The position numbers and the translations under genes are program-made. Under the pieces are notes generated by a model that saw only the letters and a list, made by a program, of their open reading frames with translations, had not been told where the DNA came from and ran no database searches. From a virus (taxonomy: Duplodnaviria; Caudoviricetes), in the IMG/VR virus record IMGVR_UViG_3300048578_000393, positions 1 through 45,940 of that record: 45,940 nucleotides of DNA; one strand, 5' to 3'. Positions within the stretch are counted from its first letter, which is position 1. The number at the start of each line of letters is the position of its first letter. Of the stretch, positions 44,761-45,940 are shown in pieces.

Positions 44761-45252
44761 ATGTGTGTCGGGACTTTTGCTGACCGCCTACGAGAGCTTC
44801 AGGGTGAGCGGACTGGACGAAATTTCGCTCAGTTTCTGGGGCTTCCACCGAGCACGTTTCAAGCGCTGGTGCGCGGGGGAGCGCCGACGCTCGACACTCT
44901 AGTCGCGATAGTCGACAAGACGGGGGTTTGCGTTGAGTGGCTCGCTAAAGGAAGCGGGCCCAAATTCCCGCAACCTGTTGCGCCTGTTTCACCTTCATCA
45001 TCTCTGGGGCGCGCAGATCCGGAGCTTTTCGGCCGCGTCGTGGACCGCGTTGCGCGCGTTTATCGCGAGGAGGCAGTGCGCCTGTCAGACATCGATCTTG
45101 GCCGCATCGCCGCTGAGCGCTACGCCGAAATAGTTGATTTGGCGGGCGATCCGGACGAGTGGCCCGCTTTGCTCGAGCTGATTGGAACACGCATCCGTCG
45201 AGCCATTCGCGCCGCTGCCGCAGATCCGACGAACGTCAAACGCGAGGCTTAA
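44761..45252 (+). CDS. Phage repressor (Xre/Cro-CI HTH), no S24 peptidase domain
   Basis: FADRLREL...FAQFLGLPPSTFQ...G..PTLD.L..I...GV..EWLA.G.G; divergent from ner. Confidence 0.85.
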   Translation: MCVGTFADRLRELQGERTGRNFAQFLGLPPSTFQALVRGGAPTLDTLVAIVDKTGVCVEWLAKGSGPKFPQPVAPVSPSSSLGRADPELFGRVVDRVARVYREEAVRLSDIDLGRIAAERYAEIVDLAGDPDEWPALLELIGTRIRRAIRAAAADPTNVKREA

Positions 45253-45376
45253 GGGTTGTAACCACTGCAACGCTAAATTACGTTGCGTTACGCTGTGGTT
45301 CCTATCCGTTGGTCCTGTTATGGCGGGATGCATTCGATGCGATAGTTAACCAAGCACTGTAGCGGAGGTGCGCGAG

Positions 45377-45940
45377 ATGTTCGGGATCGTGGCCTTCTTC
45401 GTACTTTTGTTCTTGGCCGTCTATTCACTGAAAGTCACGGCGAACGTTCTTCTTGGAAAGGCGACTGCTGGCCAGATTGGGGCGTCGATCTCCGCAGCTT
45501 GCACTTCGATAGTTAGGACTGTGGCAGTCCTATCTGGTTACGTGATCATCGGCGTGGTGGCGTATAGCATTTATGCATCTACGCTCGGCCAGCCAGACTC
45601 CGGTGAAAGCCAGCAAAACACATCGGCCGCTGAGTCTTCGGCCGCAACAGCTCCTGATTTGAATGTTCTGACTGTAAAGGATATGGCCACGGCGCTCGTC
45701 TATGAGGAACTTTGCACTGTCTTGCGTTTGGGTTCAGGGATTCACGATGTGCCCCCTTGGCGCGCGATTGCCCAGGCCGAGCCTGCCATCGCCAAGCGAT
45801 ACGCTATGGAGGCTGCGGAGTTCGGCGAGACGCTGAAAAGAGACCTCAAGGGCCTTTCGTCCGCCGAGGTCTGCCTCATGGCCAACAAGACGTTTGGGCC
45901 GAACGGGACCGTGGCTAGGAATGTCCTTGTCCTGAAGTGA
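45377..45940 (+). CDS. Hypothetical membrane protein (two N-terminal TM helices); accessory gene
   Basis: GGAGG RBS at 45364-45368; visibly more AT-rich than the rest of the prophage. Confidence 0.7.
   Translation: MFGIVAFFVLLFLAVYSLKVTANVLLGKATAGQIGASISAACTSIVRTVAVLSGYVIIGVVAYSIYASTLGQPDSGESQQNTSAAESSAATAPDLNVLTVKDMATALVYEELCTVLRLGSGIHDVPPWRAIAQAEPAIAKRYAMEAAEFGETLKRDLKGLSSAEVCLMANKTFGPNGTVARNVLVLK

Larger units (their letters stand above)
1274..45940 (-). mobile_element. Transposable Mu-like prophage with P2-type contractile tail; other end lies outside the window
   Basis: MuA DDE transposase, MuB ATPase, Ner, GemA, Mor/C, Mu-type head genes and Com in Mu gene order. Confidence 0.95.

Noticed and set aside
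1-45940. CRISPR array, rRNA, integrase/att site, invertase, mom acetyltransferase
   Set aside because: No regularly spaced repeat-spacer array and no motifs for these elements were seen by eye.

Overview
Positions 1-1155 hold a host aldose 1-epimerase gene. The rest of this GC-rich window (probably alphaproteobacterial, by inference) is a nearly complete transposable Mu-like prophage read mostly on the minus strand. One end lies near position 1274 and the other lies beyond the window. In phage order it encodes repressor/Ner, ParB-like, MuA/MuB, DUF3164, GemA and a Mor/C activator, then lysis genes, a Mu-type head, a P2-type contractile tail, and Com plus a DNA methyltransferase in place of mom. 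The two most unusual features are: (1) a translationally coupled tail-fibre cassette, made of a fibre ending in an Asn-Cys repeat segment fused to a Hint domain, an unknown Ig-like protein, and a radical SAM/SPASM enzyme, which suggests RiPP-like maturation of a virion fibre; and (2) a MuF protein with a toxin-like C-terminal extension and no immunity ORF, faced by a promoter-driven, 76-nt, tRNA-shaped candidate RNA. Also visible are three matching late promoters, the operator region, a -1 frameshift site and an internal scaffold start. Family calls come from recognised motifs and synteny, not from database searches. Several starts were moved from the ORF track to better-supported ATGs.
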